Positions 37,093-46,952 of a stretch of DNA of 64,000 bases are shown piece by piece. Position numbers and translations under genes: made by a program. The notes under the pieces are model-generated. The model was not told the origin of the DNA. It did not search any database and saw only the letters and a list, made by a program, of their open reading frames with translations. Positions within the stretch are counted from its first letter, which is position 1. Each line of letters opens with the position of its first letter. The DNA is from Planctomycetota bacterium. Lineage in GTDB: Bacteria; Planctomycetota; UBA8108; SXIK01. The DNA is taken from NCBI GenBank assembly GCA_965223845.1, contig CBDCXR010000004.1, positions 5,024,001-5,088,000 of the forward strand, read 5' to 3'.

Positions 37093-38184
37093 TCAGCGCA
37101 CGCGCCGCTCGCGGTTCTGCATGTAGTCCTTGAACACCATGCCCTCGAGATCGTCGAGGTCCGCGTAGAACGCTTGGCCGCGATTGAGTTCCGTGAGTCG
37201 ATCGATGAACTGCACGAGATAGGGATCGCTCGCAATCATGAACGTCGTGATCGGGATGCCGTAGCGCCGGCACTCGGCGGCCTCGTCGAGCGTCTTGTTC
37301 ACGATCTTTCGGTCGAGCCCGAACGGATTCAGGTAGAGCTCGCCGTCCTCGAAGAGCGCAGACGGCTTGCCGTCGGTGATCATGAAGATCTGCCGATTTG
37401 CGTGCTTCTTTCGCGCGAGGATCCGGCGCGCGAGCGCGAGGGCGGCGCAGGTATTCGTGTGATACGGGCCCACGCCGGCGTAGGTGAGATCTCGGAGTGA
37501 GACCTCCTGCGCCGTGTCCCCGAAGAGAATGACGTGAAGCGCGTCCTTCGGATAGCGCGTTCGAATGAACTCCGCGAGCGCGAGAGCGACCCGCTTCGCG
37601 GGCGTGATTCGATCCTCGCCGTAGAGGATCATGCTGTGACTGATGTCGAGGAGGAGGCAGGTCGCAACGGAGACGAATCGCTCCGTTTCGTACACCTCGA
37701 GATCATCCTCGGTGAGCCGAAGCCTCTCGCCGACTCCACGCCCCAGCGCGTTCTTGTACGAACGGACGAAGTCGATCTCGTCCGGGTCGTCCCCGAATCG
37801 ATACGGTCGCGTCTCCGTGAGCCTCTCGGTCCCGCGCCCGCCGTGCGGCGTTCGGTGGTCGCCCGCCGCGCCCGGCTTGAGACCCGAGAAGACTTGACGA
37901 AGCGACTCGGCGCGAACGAATCGCTCTCCGCGAGGAGTGAGAGAGAGTCCGCTCGGGCTCTCGGCGACCACTCGTCGATCGAGAAGCCATTTCTTGAAGT
38001 CGTCGAACGACAGCTCCTCGTCGAATAGTCCGTGACGCTCTCCGAGCATGCGGAGGATCTCGAGCGCGCGATCGACGTCGCCGTCCTCACGGACGAGGAG
38101 ATAACCGAACAGCTTGCGGAGCAGCTTCAATCGCTCGGCGACCGGCCCGCGAGAGCTACTCCAGTCGAGATATCGTATGCGCAT
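37093..38184 (-). CDS. vWA domain protein
   Basis: MIDAS motifs LLDISHSM, YHTNT and MITDGKP; downstream of an AAA+ ATPase. Confidence 0.9.
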   Translation of the reverse strand: MRIRYLDWSSSRGPVAERLKLLRKLFGYLLVREDGDVDRALEILRMLGERHGLFDEELSFDDFKKWLLDRRVVAESPSGLSLTPRGERFVRAESLRQVFSGLKPGAAGDHRTPHGGRGTERLTETRPYRFGDDPDEIDFVRSYKNALGRGVGERLRLTEDDLEVYETERFVSVATCLLLDISHSMILYGEDRITPAKRVALALAEFIRTRYPKDALHVILFGDTAQEVSLRDLTYAGVGPYHTNTCAALALARRILARKKHANRQIFMITDGKPSALFEDGELYLNPFGLDRKIVNKTLDEAAECRRYGIPITTFMIASDPYLVQFIDRLTELNRGQAFYADLDDLEGMVFKDYMQNRERRVR

Positions 38185-38256
38185 GGCTCGAGTGCGGGTG
38201 TGGGTGCGCGGTTTCGTGAGGATCGAGCGCCGTCTCGTTCTCCTTCTCCGGGCGCA

Positions 38257-39720
38257 TCACTGAAGTCCCTCCAGCATGATTCCCAGCATGTCAGAATAGG
38301 CGACTCCCGTCTCCGCTTCTTCCTTCGCGAGGAGCGAGTGCTGATGGAGCCCTTCGAGGACGAGTTCCATCGTCGTCGCGAGGACGAGAGGGTCGTCCGA
38401 CGGCAGGAACTCGCGCGCTAGATCGGCGAGGCCGGGGACGCTCTCGAGCGCGGCACGGTACGTTGTCGAGTCCATATCGTCGCTGAGCTCGAGCTGATTT
38501 GCCGAGAACCAGTCGAGGACGGGCTTGTACCGATCGCTCTTCGTATCGGGTTCGCTCCCCTCCTTGATGACGTCGGGAAAGTACCGGTCGAAGACGACGC
38601 GGCACGCTGTTCCGATGAGATGACGCGAGACCTTCGTCGCGCCCTCCTGCTCGCCTTCGTACACGAGCTCCACCTTGCCGGTGATCGCCGGCGCGAGCTG
38701 CGCGAGATCGACGAGTCGCGCGACCGCCGCCGCGCCGCCATCGCGAAACTGCCGCCGCTCGACTTGACTCACGAGTAGCTCACGCGCGGCGATCGGAAGC
38801 CTCGCGGACACTCCCGAAGACTGGTCGATGTACTCCGATTCGCGCCCGCGGGCCGCGATCTCTTCGACGACGTCCGCGAGAAAATCCGGGACGACAACCG
38901 CCGCCCCGCCGTCGCGATCGAGCCACGCTTCCGCCTCCGTAATCTGCCGCGCGTCGTCGATCGAGCGCGGATAGTGGGTGAGGATCTGCGAGGCGATTCG
39001 ATCCTTGAGCGGCGTGATGATGCTACCGCGATTCGTATAGTCCTCGGGATTCGCCGTGAACACCATGAGGACATCCGTCGGAATCCGCACCGGGAAGCCG
39101 CGAATCTGAAAGTCGCGCTCCTCGAGTAGATTGAGCAACCCGACCTGAATCCTCGGCGCGAGATCGGGCAGCTCGTTGATGACGAACACGCCGCGGTTCG
39201 TCCGCGGGATGATGCCGTAGTGGATCACTTCAGGATCGGAGAGGGCCAATCCCTCGTGCGCGGCCTTGAGAGGATCGACGTCGCCGATGAGATCCGCCAT
39301 GGTAACGTCGGGTGTCGCGAGTTTCTCCCCGTAGCGGGCTTCGCGCGGGATCCACTCGATCGGCAGATCGTCCCCGGCTTCTTCGACGAGCCGACGCGCG
39401 CGGCCGGTCACCGGCGCGAGCGGATGCTCGCGCAGCGGAGAGCCGGCGATCGCGGGAACTTCTGGCTCGAGAAAGTCGACGATCGCTCGGGCGATACGCG
39501 TCTTCGCCTGGCCGCGCAGGCCGAGCAGGAGAAGATCGTGCTGCGCGAGGAGCGCGTTCACGATCTGCGGAATCACCGAGTCATCGAAGCCGACGATGCC
39601 GGGAAAGAGTCGATCGCCGCGCGCGAGGCGCTCGCGAAGAGTTCGGCGGATCTCGAGCCGGACTCCGACGGGGGCCCAGCGATCGCGATCGAGCTCACCG
39701 AGAACGGTTGCTTGGGTCAT
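38257..39720 (-). CDS. Mg-chelatase ChlI-like AAA+ ATPase
   Basis: Start MTQATVLGEL at 39720; Walker A GLRGQAKT, Walker B variant FVINELPDL, and FTANPEDYTNRG. Confidence 0.9.
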   Translation of the reverse strand: MTQATVLGELDRDRWAPVGVRLEIRRTLRERLARGDRLFPGIVGFDDSVIPQIVNALLAQHDLLLLGLRGQAKTRIARAIVDFLEPEVPAIAGSPLREHPLAPVTGRARRLVEEAGDDLPIEWIPREARYGEKLATPDVTMADLIGDVDPLKAAHEGLALSDPEVIHYGIIPRTNRGVFVINELPDLAPRIQVGLLNLLEERDFQIRGFPVRIPTDVLMVFTANPEDYTNRGSIITPLKDRIASQILTHYPRSIDDARQITEAEAWLDRDGGAAVVVPDFLADVVEEIAARGRESEYIDQSSGVSARLPIAARELLVSQVERRQFRDGGAAAVARLVDLAQLAPAITGKVELVYEGEQEGATKVSRHLIGTACRVVFDRYFPDVIKEGSEPDTKSDRYKPVLDWFSANQLELSDDMDSTTYRAALESVPGLADLAREFLPSDDPLVLATTMELVLEGLHQHSLLAKEEAETGVAYSDMLGIMLEGLQ

Positions 39721-39953
39721 GGGGTTCGACGGTTGCAGTGGAGGGGCAGGTCGATGGCGCGGCGCAAGAGGCCTCGGACGAACTCGATAAGCCTCGCGCC
39801 AGCAGAGCTGGATGATGCATCGCCAAGAGAACGAGGCATCATATCGTGCCCTGACCACCTGACCACCGGCGCCCGGGATTCGGTGCGAGAATTTCGGTTC
39901 GCCCTCGGTTGTCGCGTCCGCGTGGTCGACTCCGTCCGCCCCGCCACGAGAAC

Positions 39954-41054
39954 ATGAAAACGACCGGCGCTCTTCTCCGCACCGCGGGAGATCCATTCGA
40001 AATCGTCGAGCTCGACCTCGCCCCGCCGCGGCGCGGCGAAGTTCTCGTCCGCGTCGAGGCGGCGGGGGTCTGCCACAGCGACTGGCACGTCGCGACGGGT
40101 GCCACGCCTCACCCGATGCCGGTCGTCGCAGGTCACGAGGGTGCGGGAGTGGTCGAGTCGATCGGCGACGGAGTCACCCGAGTTCAACCGGGCGATCACG
40201 TCGCGCTCAACTGGGCGCCCCACTGCAGCTCGTGCTTTTATTGCGAGCGCGGACGCCCGAGCCTTTGCGCGACGTACGTCGGTCCGCTTTGGGCGGGGAC
40301 GATGCTCGACGGAACGACGCGTCTCTCGCTGGGCGGTTCACCCGTCTACCACTTCAGCGGGCTCGCGTGCTTCGCTCGACGCGCGGTCGTCCCCGACGTG
40401 TGCTGTGTCCCGATCGACGAGCGCGTTCCGTTTTCGATTGCTGCGCTCATCGGTTGCGCGGTGACGACAGGAATCGGTGCGGTGACGAACACGGTGCGCG
40501 TCGAAGCCGGTGCGAGCGTCGCCGTCTGGGGCGCTGGCGGCGTGGGGCTCGCGAGTATCTTGGCCGCGAAGCGCGCCGGCGCGGATCCGATCATCGCGAT
40601 CGACCGCACGGTCGCCCGCTGCGAGCTCGCGGAGGAGTTCGGTGCGACGCATTCGCGGCTCGACTCCACCGAAGCCGTCGACGAGATCCGCGCACTCACG
40701 TCTGGCCGCGGGGCGGACTACGTCTTCGAGGCCGTCGGGAGCCCCGAGCTGCAGACTCGGTGTCTCTTTGCCGCGCGACCGGGAGGAGTCGTCGTCCTCG
40801 TCGGCATCGCGCCCGTCGGATCGAGCACCGACCTTCCTGGAGCCGTCATCACGCGCGAGGAAAAGACCATCGTCGGTTCTTACTACGGCACCGCGAATAC
40901 CGAGCGCGACTTTCCGACGATCGCGACGGACTACCTGGAAGGGCGGCTCGAGCTCGATCGCCTCGTCTCGCGTACGTACGGCCTCCGCCAGATCAACGAG
41001 GCCTACGCGGACCTGCTCGGTGACGAGGGCGGACGCGGCGTCATCGTCCTCTGA
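39954..41054 (+). CDS. Zn-dependent alcohol dehydrogenase (class III/AdhC-like)
   Basis: GVCHSD, GHEGAG, CSSCFYC...C, IGCAVTTG and GAGGVG motifs. Confidence 0.93.
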   Translation: MKTTGALLRTAGDPFEIVELDLAPPRRGEVLVRVEAAGVCHSDWHVATGATPHPMPVVAGHEGAGVVESIGDGVTRVQPGDHVALNWAPHCSSCFYCERGRPSLCATYVGPLWAGTMLDGTTRLSLGGSPVYHFSGLACFARRAVVPDVCCVPIDERVPFSIAALIGCAVTTGIGAVTNTVRVEAGASVAVWGAGGVGLASILAAKRAGADPIIAIDRTVARCELAEEFGATHSRLDSTEAVDEIRALTSGRGADYVFEAVGSPELQTRCLFAARPGGVVVLVGIAPVGSSTDLPGAVITREEKTIVGSYYGTANTERDFPTIATDYLEGRLELDRLVSRTYGLRQINEAYADLLGDEGGRGVIVL

Positions 41055-41602
41055 ACCCGAATCTGCGTTGGGTCCCCGCTGTCGTTCCTCCTTAGTAGTA
41101 GTTACCTAGGGTAGGAGCCGACGGCGGTCTCTGAATTCACTTGACACCCGTCTCCACCGCCCTGTGGATGGAGTTCGGGTGGGTGAATGCCGGCGGACCG
41201 AGCCGCTTCCAGCCGAGGCGGGCGCGCCGGCGACTCATCGCCAGGGATCGACGGTAGTTCACGCGAGACGCTCGAGTGGCGTTGACCGCGGACGACGACC
41301 GCGCGCCGGAGATTCGCGACGGGACGGTCGCATCGGCGCGCGCTGGGTTTCGAATCGAACGATCGAAGGACGGAGCTCGCGTGAGGGGCGAGCCGATCCG
41401 GCAGAATCCTGCCACGGGGGGGCCGACGGTCGATCGCCCGCTCGAGTCGCCGACCGGCGCCGAAATCTCGTCCGGGGAGAGCTCGGATGAGAGGAGTTTG
41501 GCGACGGGTCGACTCACGCGGCTGGTCCACCTCGCCACGAATACGAGGATCTCGACGGGCGTCCGCCGCGCGCCGGCGTCCGTTTTCATCACGGAGGTTC
41601 GT

Positions 41603-44239
41603 ATGCAGATTCGCGATTCGGTACGGGGGGCAGCCTGTCTCGTCACGCTCGCGCTCACGGCGGCAGTGAGCGCCGCGCCGCCGGTGATCTTCGTCTCGCG
41701 CCAGCTCGACACGACTCGAGACCGATTCGAGATCGTAATCGGTCAGGAGCGTCCCGATCCGGAACCGCGCTCCACGGCGGTCACGCGGGCGACCTCGGGC
41801 CGACTGATGCTGCGCGAGGAAAATGGAAGCCTCGTCACGCTCCTCGACGCGACCGCGGAGGACGCGCCGGATTGGGCGCCGGTCGACGTCATGGAACCGG
41901 ACGTATCGTACGACGCGAGTCGCGTGGTCTTCGCCGGGTTCTCGGCGACGGAAAACGCGTGGCGCATCTATGAGATGCTCCTCGACACTCGGGAAATCCG
42001 CCAGCTTACCCACAGCGACCGCGACATCGATCTCAGCGTCTACGGCGACGCCTCGAACTCGTTCGAAACGTACGACGACGTCGACCCCTGCTATCTTCCG
42101 GACGGCCGCATCTGCTTCGTCTCGACGCGGTATCCGGGCACGGCGCCCGACAATCGCCTGCGTGCGACGAATCTCTACGTGATGCACGACGACGGCTCCG
42201 ATCTACACCGAATCACGACCGAGCGGTTCGGCGCCGACACCCCAGCGGTGGATCCGACGAACGGTCAGATCGTCTATTCGCGCTGGTGGCGCACGAACGA
42301 CGATCTCATCGGAGCGGCCGGAGCCGACGCCGGAGTCGACGCGGGATCGCCCGGATACGATGGTGCGAGCAGCGGCGATCTCCTCGGAATCAGCAACTCG
42401 AACCCCGAGCCGATGCGGAGCGTCTCCGACGACGAGTTCCAAGGACTGAACAGCTGGTTCCTCGCGGGCGTCGATCCCGACGGCACGGATCTCGCGATGA
42501 CGTCGGGCCTCCGACTCGACCGCGAGCTGACTCAGGCGTACCGCCCGAGCTTCCTCCCGAACGGTGAGATTCTCGCGACGTTCATTCCGCGCACGCCGTA
42601 CCTCGGTCTCCCGCGCGGCGACGGTCTCCGCATCTACGATCGGGGTCCGGGCCAGCCGGAAGCGGTCGGCGGTCCGCAGACCTTTCAGGGCTTTCCGTTC
42701 CTTTTTGGACTCGCGATCGAGCTCATCCACATCGCCGATCCCGAGTTTAGATTTCCCGACAATCGCGATTCGTGGAGCTTCATCTTCGCGAGCGGAGTCG
42801 GACTCCCGGACGGAACGATCCTCACCGCCGCCGCCCCGATGTCGGCGCATCGCTACGATCTCTTCGTCGTCGATCGAGCGACCGGAAAGATGACGCTCTT
42901 TGCGGGGACGGACGGCGCGGACCTCGATCCCGTTCTCGTCGTCGAGCGGCCGGAGCCACCCGAGCCGGAAGAGAAAACGCCGGCAGCGCTTCCCCAGACC
43001 GCCGCACAGACGGTTTCGGGAGCGTTTACTGCCGGAGGCCGATTCACGTTCAACGTGACGAACATTCACTTCAACGCGCCGATCGACGTACCGGTCGCGA
43101 CCGCGCCGCCCGTAGGCCAGGACCTCACGATTGAGTTCTACATGGCGCCGCAGGGGACGACGACCCAGTTCCTCGACGAGGCGAAGCTCATCCGCGCGGT
43201 GAAGATCCCCTCCGACGGTCACGTCGAGGTCGAGCTGCCGGCGGGCGTTCCTCTCTTCGAGGTGCTCAGGCGACCGGACGGCTCGATCGCGCAGGGCCGC
43301 GACGGCCAAGTGTTCCACGTCGGTGGCATGAACTTCAATCGCGCCGGTGAGGCCGGCAAGTGTGTCGGGTGTCACGCCGGGCACACGATGATGCAGGTGC
43401 CCGAGGATCCCACTTGGACGAACCTCGCGCCGAGCGCGAACGTCTCCGCCGATCCTTCGTCGTTCTACTCCGTTTTCGAGGTCGTGCCGGAAGTCGACCT
43501 GTTCTTCGGCGAGGACATTCTCGCTGGAGACGAGCCGAATCTGTTCGGCCCGGAGAAGCTCGTCGATCGCCGGACGCGCCGGATGACGGAGTGGGTCGGC
43601 GCGGACACGGACGCGAAGGAGCACGTCGTCACCCTCGAGTGGCCCGTCGCGATCAACGCGCAGCAGATCGCCGTGTACAGCCCGGCGCAGGGTCAGGGAG
43701 TCTTCGGCCGTCGAAGTCAAACCATCTCCGGCCTCAGCGTCGAGACCTACCTCGGTGAGAGCCTCGTCGAGCGGCTCGCGACAGAGGACGTGCTCGACAG
43801 CACTTCGCGCGTCGTCCGGGTGCAAGCCGATCCAACCCGCGCCATCGATCGCGTCCGCGTGATCCTCGCCGCCGAGGACATCTCGGGCAGCTTCGAGTTC
43901 GCTCGTTCACCCGGGCTGGCAGAGATCGAGGTCATCGCGAAGGTCGCGAGCGCGACGTCGGAGGTCTACACCTTCATCCGCGGCGACTCGAACTGCGATT
44001 CGTCCACGAACATCTCGGACGCGATCTCGACCCTGACCAGTCTCTTCGTCGACGGGAAGGAACTCTGCTGCGACGCCGCGGGCGACACCGACGCGAACGG
44101 CCGGCTGAACATCGCCGACCCGGTGTATCTGCTCAACTATCTCTTCGCTGACGGCGAGGCACCGCCGGCGCCGACCGGCGAGTGCGGCGAGGTTGCGGTC
44201 CAGAACCTCGGCTGCAACGAGCAAAGCTGCGTTCAGTAA
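41603..44239 (+). CDS. Secreted multidomain protein: TolB/PD40-like propeller, hydrazine-synthase-alpha-like middle domain with CxxCH, beta-sandwich and dockerin-like tail
   Basis: ATG 41603 after GGAGG; signal peptide; DDVDPCYLPDGRICFVSTR; LPAGVPLFEVL...AGEAGKCVGCH; tail FIRGDSNCDSSTNISDAI...DTDANGRLNIADPVYLLNYLF. Confidence 0.85.
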   Translation: MQIRDSVRGAACLVTLALTAAVSAAPPVIFVSRQLDTTRDRFEIVIGQERPDPEPRSTAVTRATSGRLMLREENGSLVTLLDATAEDAPDWAPVDVMEPDVSYDASRVVFAGFSATENAWRIYEMLLDTREIRQLTHSDRDIDLSVYGDASNSFETYDDVDPCYLPDGRICFVSTRYPGTAPDNRLRATNLYVMHDDGSDLHRITTERFGADTPAVDPTNGQIVYSRWWRTNDDLIGAAGADAGVDAGSPGYDGASSGDLLGISNSNPEPMRSVSDDEFQGLNSWFLAGVDPDGTDLAMTSGLRLDRELTQAYRPSFLPNGEILATFIPRTPYLGLPRGDGLRIYDRGPGQPEAVGGPQTFQGFPFLFGLAIELIHIADPEFRFPDNRDSWSFIFASGVGLPDGTILTAAAPMSAHRYDLFVVDRATGKMTLFAGTDGADLDPVLVVERPEPPEPEEKTPAALPQTAAQTVSGAFTAGGRFTFNVTNIHFNAPIDVPVATAPPVGQDLTIEFYMAPQGTTTQFLDEAKLIRAVKIPSDGHVEVELPAGVPLFEVLRRPDGSIAQGRDGQVFHVGGMNFNRAGEAGKCVGCHAGHTMMQVPEDPTWTNLAPSANVSADPSSFYSVFEVVPEVDLFFGEDILAGDEPNLFGPEKLVDRRTRRMTEWVGADTDAKEHVVTLEWPVAINAQQIAVYSPAQGQGVFGRRSQTISGLSVETYLGESLVERLATEDVLDSTSRVVRVQADPTRAIDRVRVILAAEDISGSFEFARSPGLAEIEVIAKVASATSEVYTFIRGDSNCDSSTNISDAISTLTSLFVDGKELCCDAAGDTDANGRLNIADPVYLLNYLFADGEAPPAPTGECGEVAVQNLGCNEQSCVQ

Positions 44240-44348
44240 CGCTCACGCTCGACTCCACTGATGAAGCGAGCCGGGGACGGCGAGACCAGCGCCGTCCCCG
44301 GCTCGTTGACTGGAGCTCCCGCCCGTTCGTTCCCCGCAATCGCGGCAG

Positions 44349-45086
44349 TTACCCGCCGGCGATCTCGAGCAGGTCCTCCAGTCGCTCGATCACGAAGTCC
44401 GGACGGTACGTCGAGTAGCGCGCACCCCACTCACCATCCGACGTCAGTCCGGTGATGTGACAAGTCCGCATGCCCACGTCACGCGCGCCGAGCATGTCCA
44501 TCTCCCAGCGATCCCCGACGAAGAGGACGCGCGAAGGATCGACGTCGAGCCTCGCGAGCGCGACGGCGAAGGGTTTTGCGTGCGGTTTCACATAGCCGAC
44601 GTCGACGTCGCCAGACACGATCACCGGGTCGAGGAGTTCGCGAACGCCGACGTCGTCGAGCGATCTGCGGAGCGCATCCCCGCAGGGATAATTCGAGACG
44701 AGCCCGACCGCGGCGCGCCTGCGCAGAACCTCGAGTACCTCGACCGCGCCCGGCGGGATTGCGATCGACTCGACGAAATACTGCTGCAGGCGCTCGTTCG
44801 CAAGGACGGCATGCTCACGGGTGACCTCCAGCGCGGTGCCGTAGCTGCGCCGGAGGACGAATTCCATCTGATCGACAGGGTCGCTCTCGCGAAAGCTCGG
44901 CGGGTCACCGACGTGAGGGAGCGCGTGGGCCTCCATCGTCGCCGTCCGAAGCACGCTCGCCGTAACGGGAGCGATCTCCTCGGAAAGCTGACGTGCGAGG
45001 CGCGCGATGATCTCACCGATCTGAGGTCGATCGAACTGGATGATCGTATTGCCGTAGTCGAAGAGGAAAGCAGCGAAGTTGTTCAT
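44349..45086 (-). CDS. HAD superfamily hydrolase
   Basis: FLFDYGNT, LVSN, YVKP and FVGDRWEMD (HAD motifs I-IV). Confidence 0.9.
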   Translation of the reverse strand: MNNFAAFLFDYGNTIIQFDRPQIGEIIARLARQLSEEIAPVTASVLRTATMEAHALPHVGDPPSFRESDPVDQMEFVLRRSYGTALEVTREHAVLANERLQQYFVESIAIPPGAVEVLEVLRRRAAVGLVSNYPCGDALRRSLDDVGVRELLDPVIVSGDVDVGYVKPHAKPFAVALARLDVDPSRVLFVGDRWEMDMLGARDVGMRTCHITGLTSDGEWGARYSTYRPDFVIERLEDLLEIAGG

Positions 45087-45150
45087 GGATATCGCGCACA
45101 GTTTGCTTGTCTTCGACGGGCCTCGTGCCTTCGCCCTCGTTCGCTCATGG

Positions 45151-45888
45151 TCAGGCTCGAGCTAACCCGCCGTCGCAGAAAATCGTCTGCCCCGTGATGT
45201 AGGACGCCGCGTCGCTCGCGAGAAAGAGATGGAGGCGAGCGATGTCCTCGGGCGTGCCGAGGCGGCCGAGCGGTACGCGGCGGAGAAACTTCTCGCGCAC
45301 CTTCTCCGGCACGGCGCTGAACATCGGCGTGTCGATCACTCCCGGCGCGATCGCGTTGACGCGAATCCCGTCGCGCGCGAGCTCCTGGGCGAGCGTCCGG
45401 GTGAAGCCGATGATCCCCGCTTTCGCCGCCGAGTAGTTCGCTTGGCCGCGGTTTCCGAGCGCCGAAGTCGAGCTCGTGTTGGTGATCACGCCACTTCGCT
45501 GGGCGCGGAACGTCGGCACGACTGCCTGCGCACAGAGAAACGACCCGGTGAGGTGGACACGGAGCACTCTTTCCCACGCCTCGAGCTCGAGGTCGGAAAG
45601 GAACGCGTCGGCGATGATGCCCGCGTTGTTCACGAGGACGTCGATTCGCCCGCAGCGTTCGACCAGCTCGCTGACGGCGGCGGCGACGCCGGGTGCGTCG
45701 GTCACGTCGACGACGCGACCCGACGCACCCGCGCGGCTCGCCGAGCTCTCGACCTCATTCGAAGCGTCCCACGCCTCGACTTCTGCGCCGGCCTGCGAAA
45801 ACGCCGCGACGGTCGCACTGCCGATACCGCGTGCGCCGCCCGTTACGACGACAACGCGATTCCGAAAATCCGCGTACTCTCCGGCCAT
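45151..45888 (-). CDS. Short-chain dehydrogenase, FabG-like 3-oxoacyl reductase
   Basis: TGGARGIG, VNNAG, NYSAAKAG and VNAIAPG motifs. Confidence 0.92.
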   Translation of the reverse strand: MAGEYADFRNRVVVVTGGARGIGSATVAAFSQAGAEVEAWDASNEVESSASRAGASGRVVDVTDAPGVAAAVSELVERCGRIDVLVNNAGIIADAFLSDLELEAWERVLRVHLTGSFLCAQAVVPTFRAQRSGVITNTSSTSALGNRGQANYSAAKAGIIGFTRTLAQELARDGIRVNAIAPGVIDTPMFSAVPEKVREKFLRRVPLGRLGTPEDIARLHLFLASDAASYITGQTIFCDGGLARA

Positions 45889-46149
45889 CACCCGTCCTCG
45901 ATCCTTCCTCCGCTCCGGGCGAGTGCCCGAGAGCGCGGCAATTGTAACTCCGAGTCACGTGGTCACCCAAGCTCTGCCGCCCGCAACTCACGTCGCGATA
46001 AACCGGTCGCTTGTCGCGGTAAAGCACCCGGTCAAAGTTGCACCACGCCGCGGTCGATGAATCGAACGCGGAGATTTCAACGTCGCCGCGCGACGTACGA
46101 CGGATTCCTCACGACGCCGCACGAGCTGCGGACGCCCAGGTAGACACGC

Positions 46150-46944
46150 ATGAACGACACGCCGAACGAAACCTTCTCCCGACACCCCCGCCGGACGCCT
46201 TGGGTACCCGGAAATCAACAGCTCAGCATCGGGCTGTGGATCTTCTCCTTCTGCGCCGTCGTGCTCGTGTTCAACCTCATGTACTTCATGTTCGGCCTCT
46301 GGGAAATCGACTCCGGCGCGTCGAGCTCGTTCAAGGAAGCCGTCTCGACGACGCGCGGCGTCCTCATGCGCCAGTTCTGGCTCGCGCTCGGATTCGGTCT
46401 CGTCCTCTCGGTGTGGGCCGCCCTGCTTTGTTCGAAGGTCGTCGGTCCGCTGTATCGCTTCCGGCGGCACTTCGAGGGGCTCACGACGGGCCGGTGGGAC
46501 CGGCCGTGCAAGATCCGAAAGGGCGACGCTTGCACGGATCTTTGCGAGGCGCTCAACTCGGGAGTCGCCGCGATGACGAACTGCATCGAGGAACAGAACG
46601 AAACGCTCGAGCTCGCCCGGGCGGCGCTCGATGCCAGTCCGGACCGCGCCAATCCTCAGATCAGTTCCGTCATCGCGAAGATCGACGCACTGAGTCAGGA
46701 GTTCGCCAAGCGGTTCCCGGTTTCGGACGAGGCCGCGGAATCGTGGGCCGAAACGAAGGCTCCGTCGACGACGAGCGAGAGCGGTGCGAGCGACGGGAAC
46801 GCGGAGGAAGAGCGCGCGTCCGAGGCGCCGAATCCCGGCGAATCGGATCGAGACGTCGCTGAAGGATCGTCCGGAGATGCGTCCGAGAGCTCTGCCGACG
46901 AAGCGACGGAAGAGTCGAAGGATCGCGACGTCGTCCCGGCCTGA
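46150..46944 (+). CDS. Membrane protein with two TM helices, a HAMP domain and an acidic tail
   Basis: Two hydrophobic segments; SKVVGPLYRF...IRKGD...LCEALN HAMP pattern. Confidence 0.8.
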   Translation: MNDTPNETFSRHPRRTPWVPGNQQLSIGLWIFSFCAVVLVFNLMYFMFGLWEIDSGASSSFKEAVSTTRGVLMRQFWLALGFGLVLSVWAALLCSKVVGPLYRFRRHFEGLTTGRWDRPCKIRKGDACTDLCEALNSGVAAMTNCIEEQNETLELARAALDASPDRANPQISSVIAKIDALSQEFAKRFPVSDEAAESWAETKAPSTTSESGASDGNAEEERASEAPNPGESDRDVAEGSSGDASESSADEATEESKDRDVVPA

Positions 46945-46952
46945 TCCGAAGC

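Noticed and set aside
41603-44239. Evidence for anammox metabolism
   Set aside because: There is only one CxxCH, no hzsB/hzsC or hao neighbours, and it carries an extracellular dockerin-like tail.
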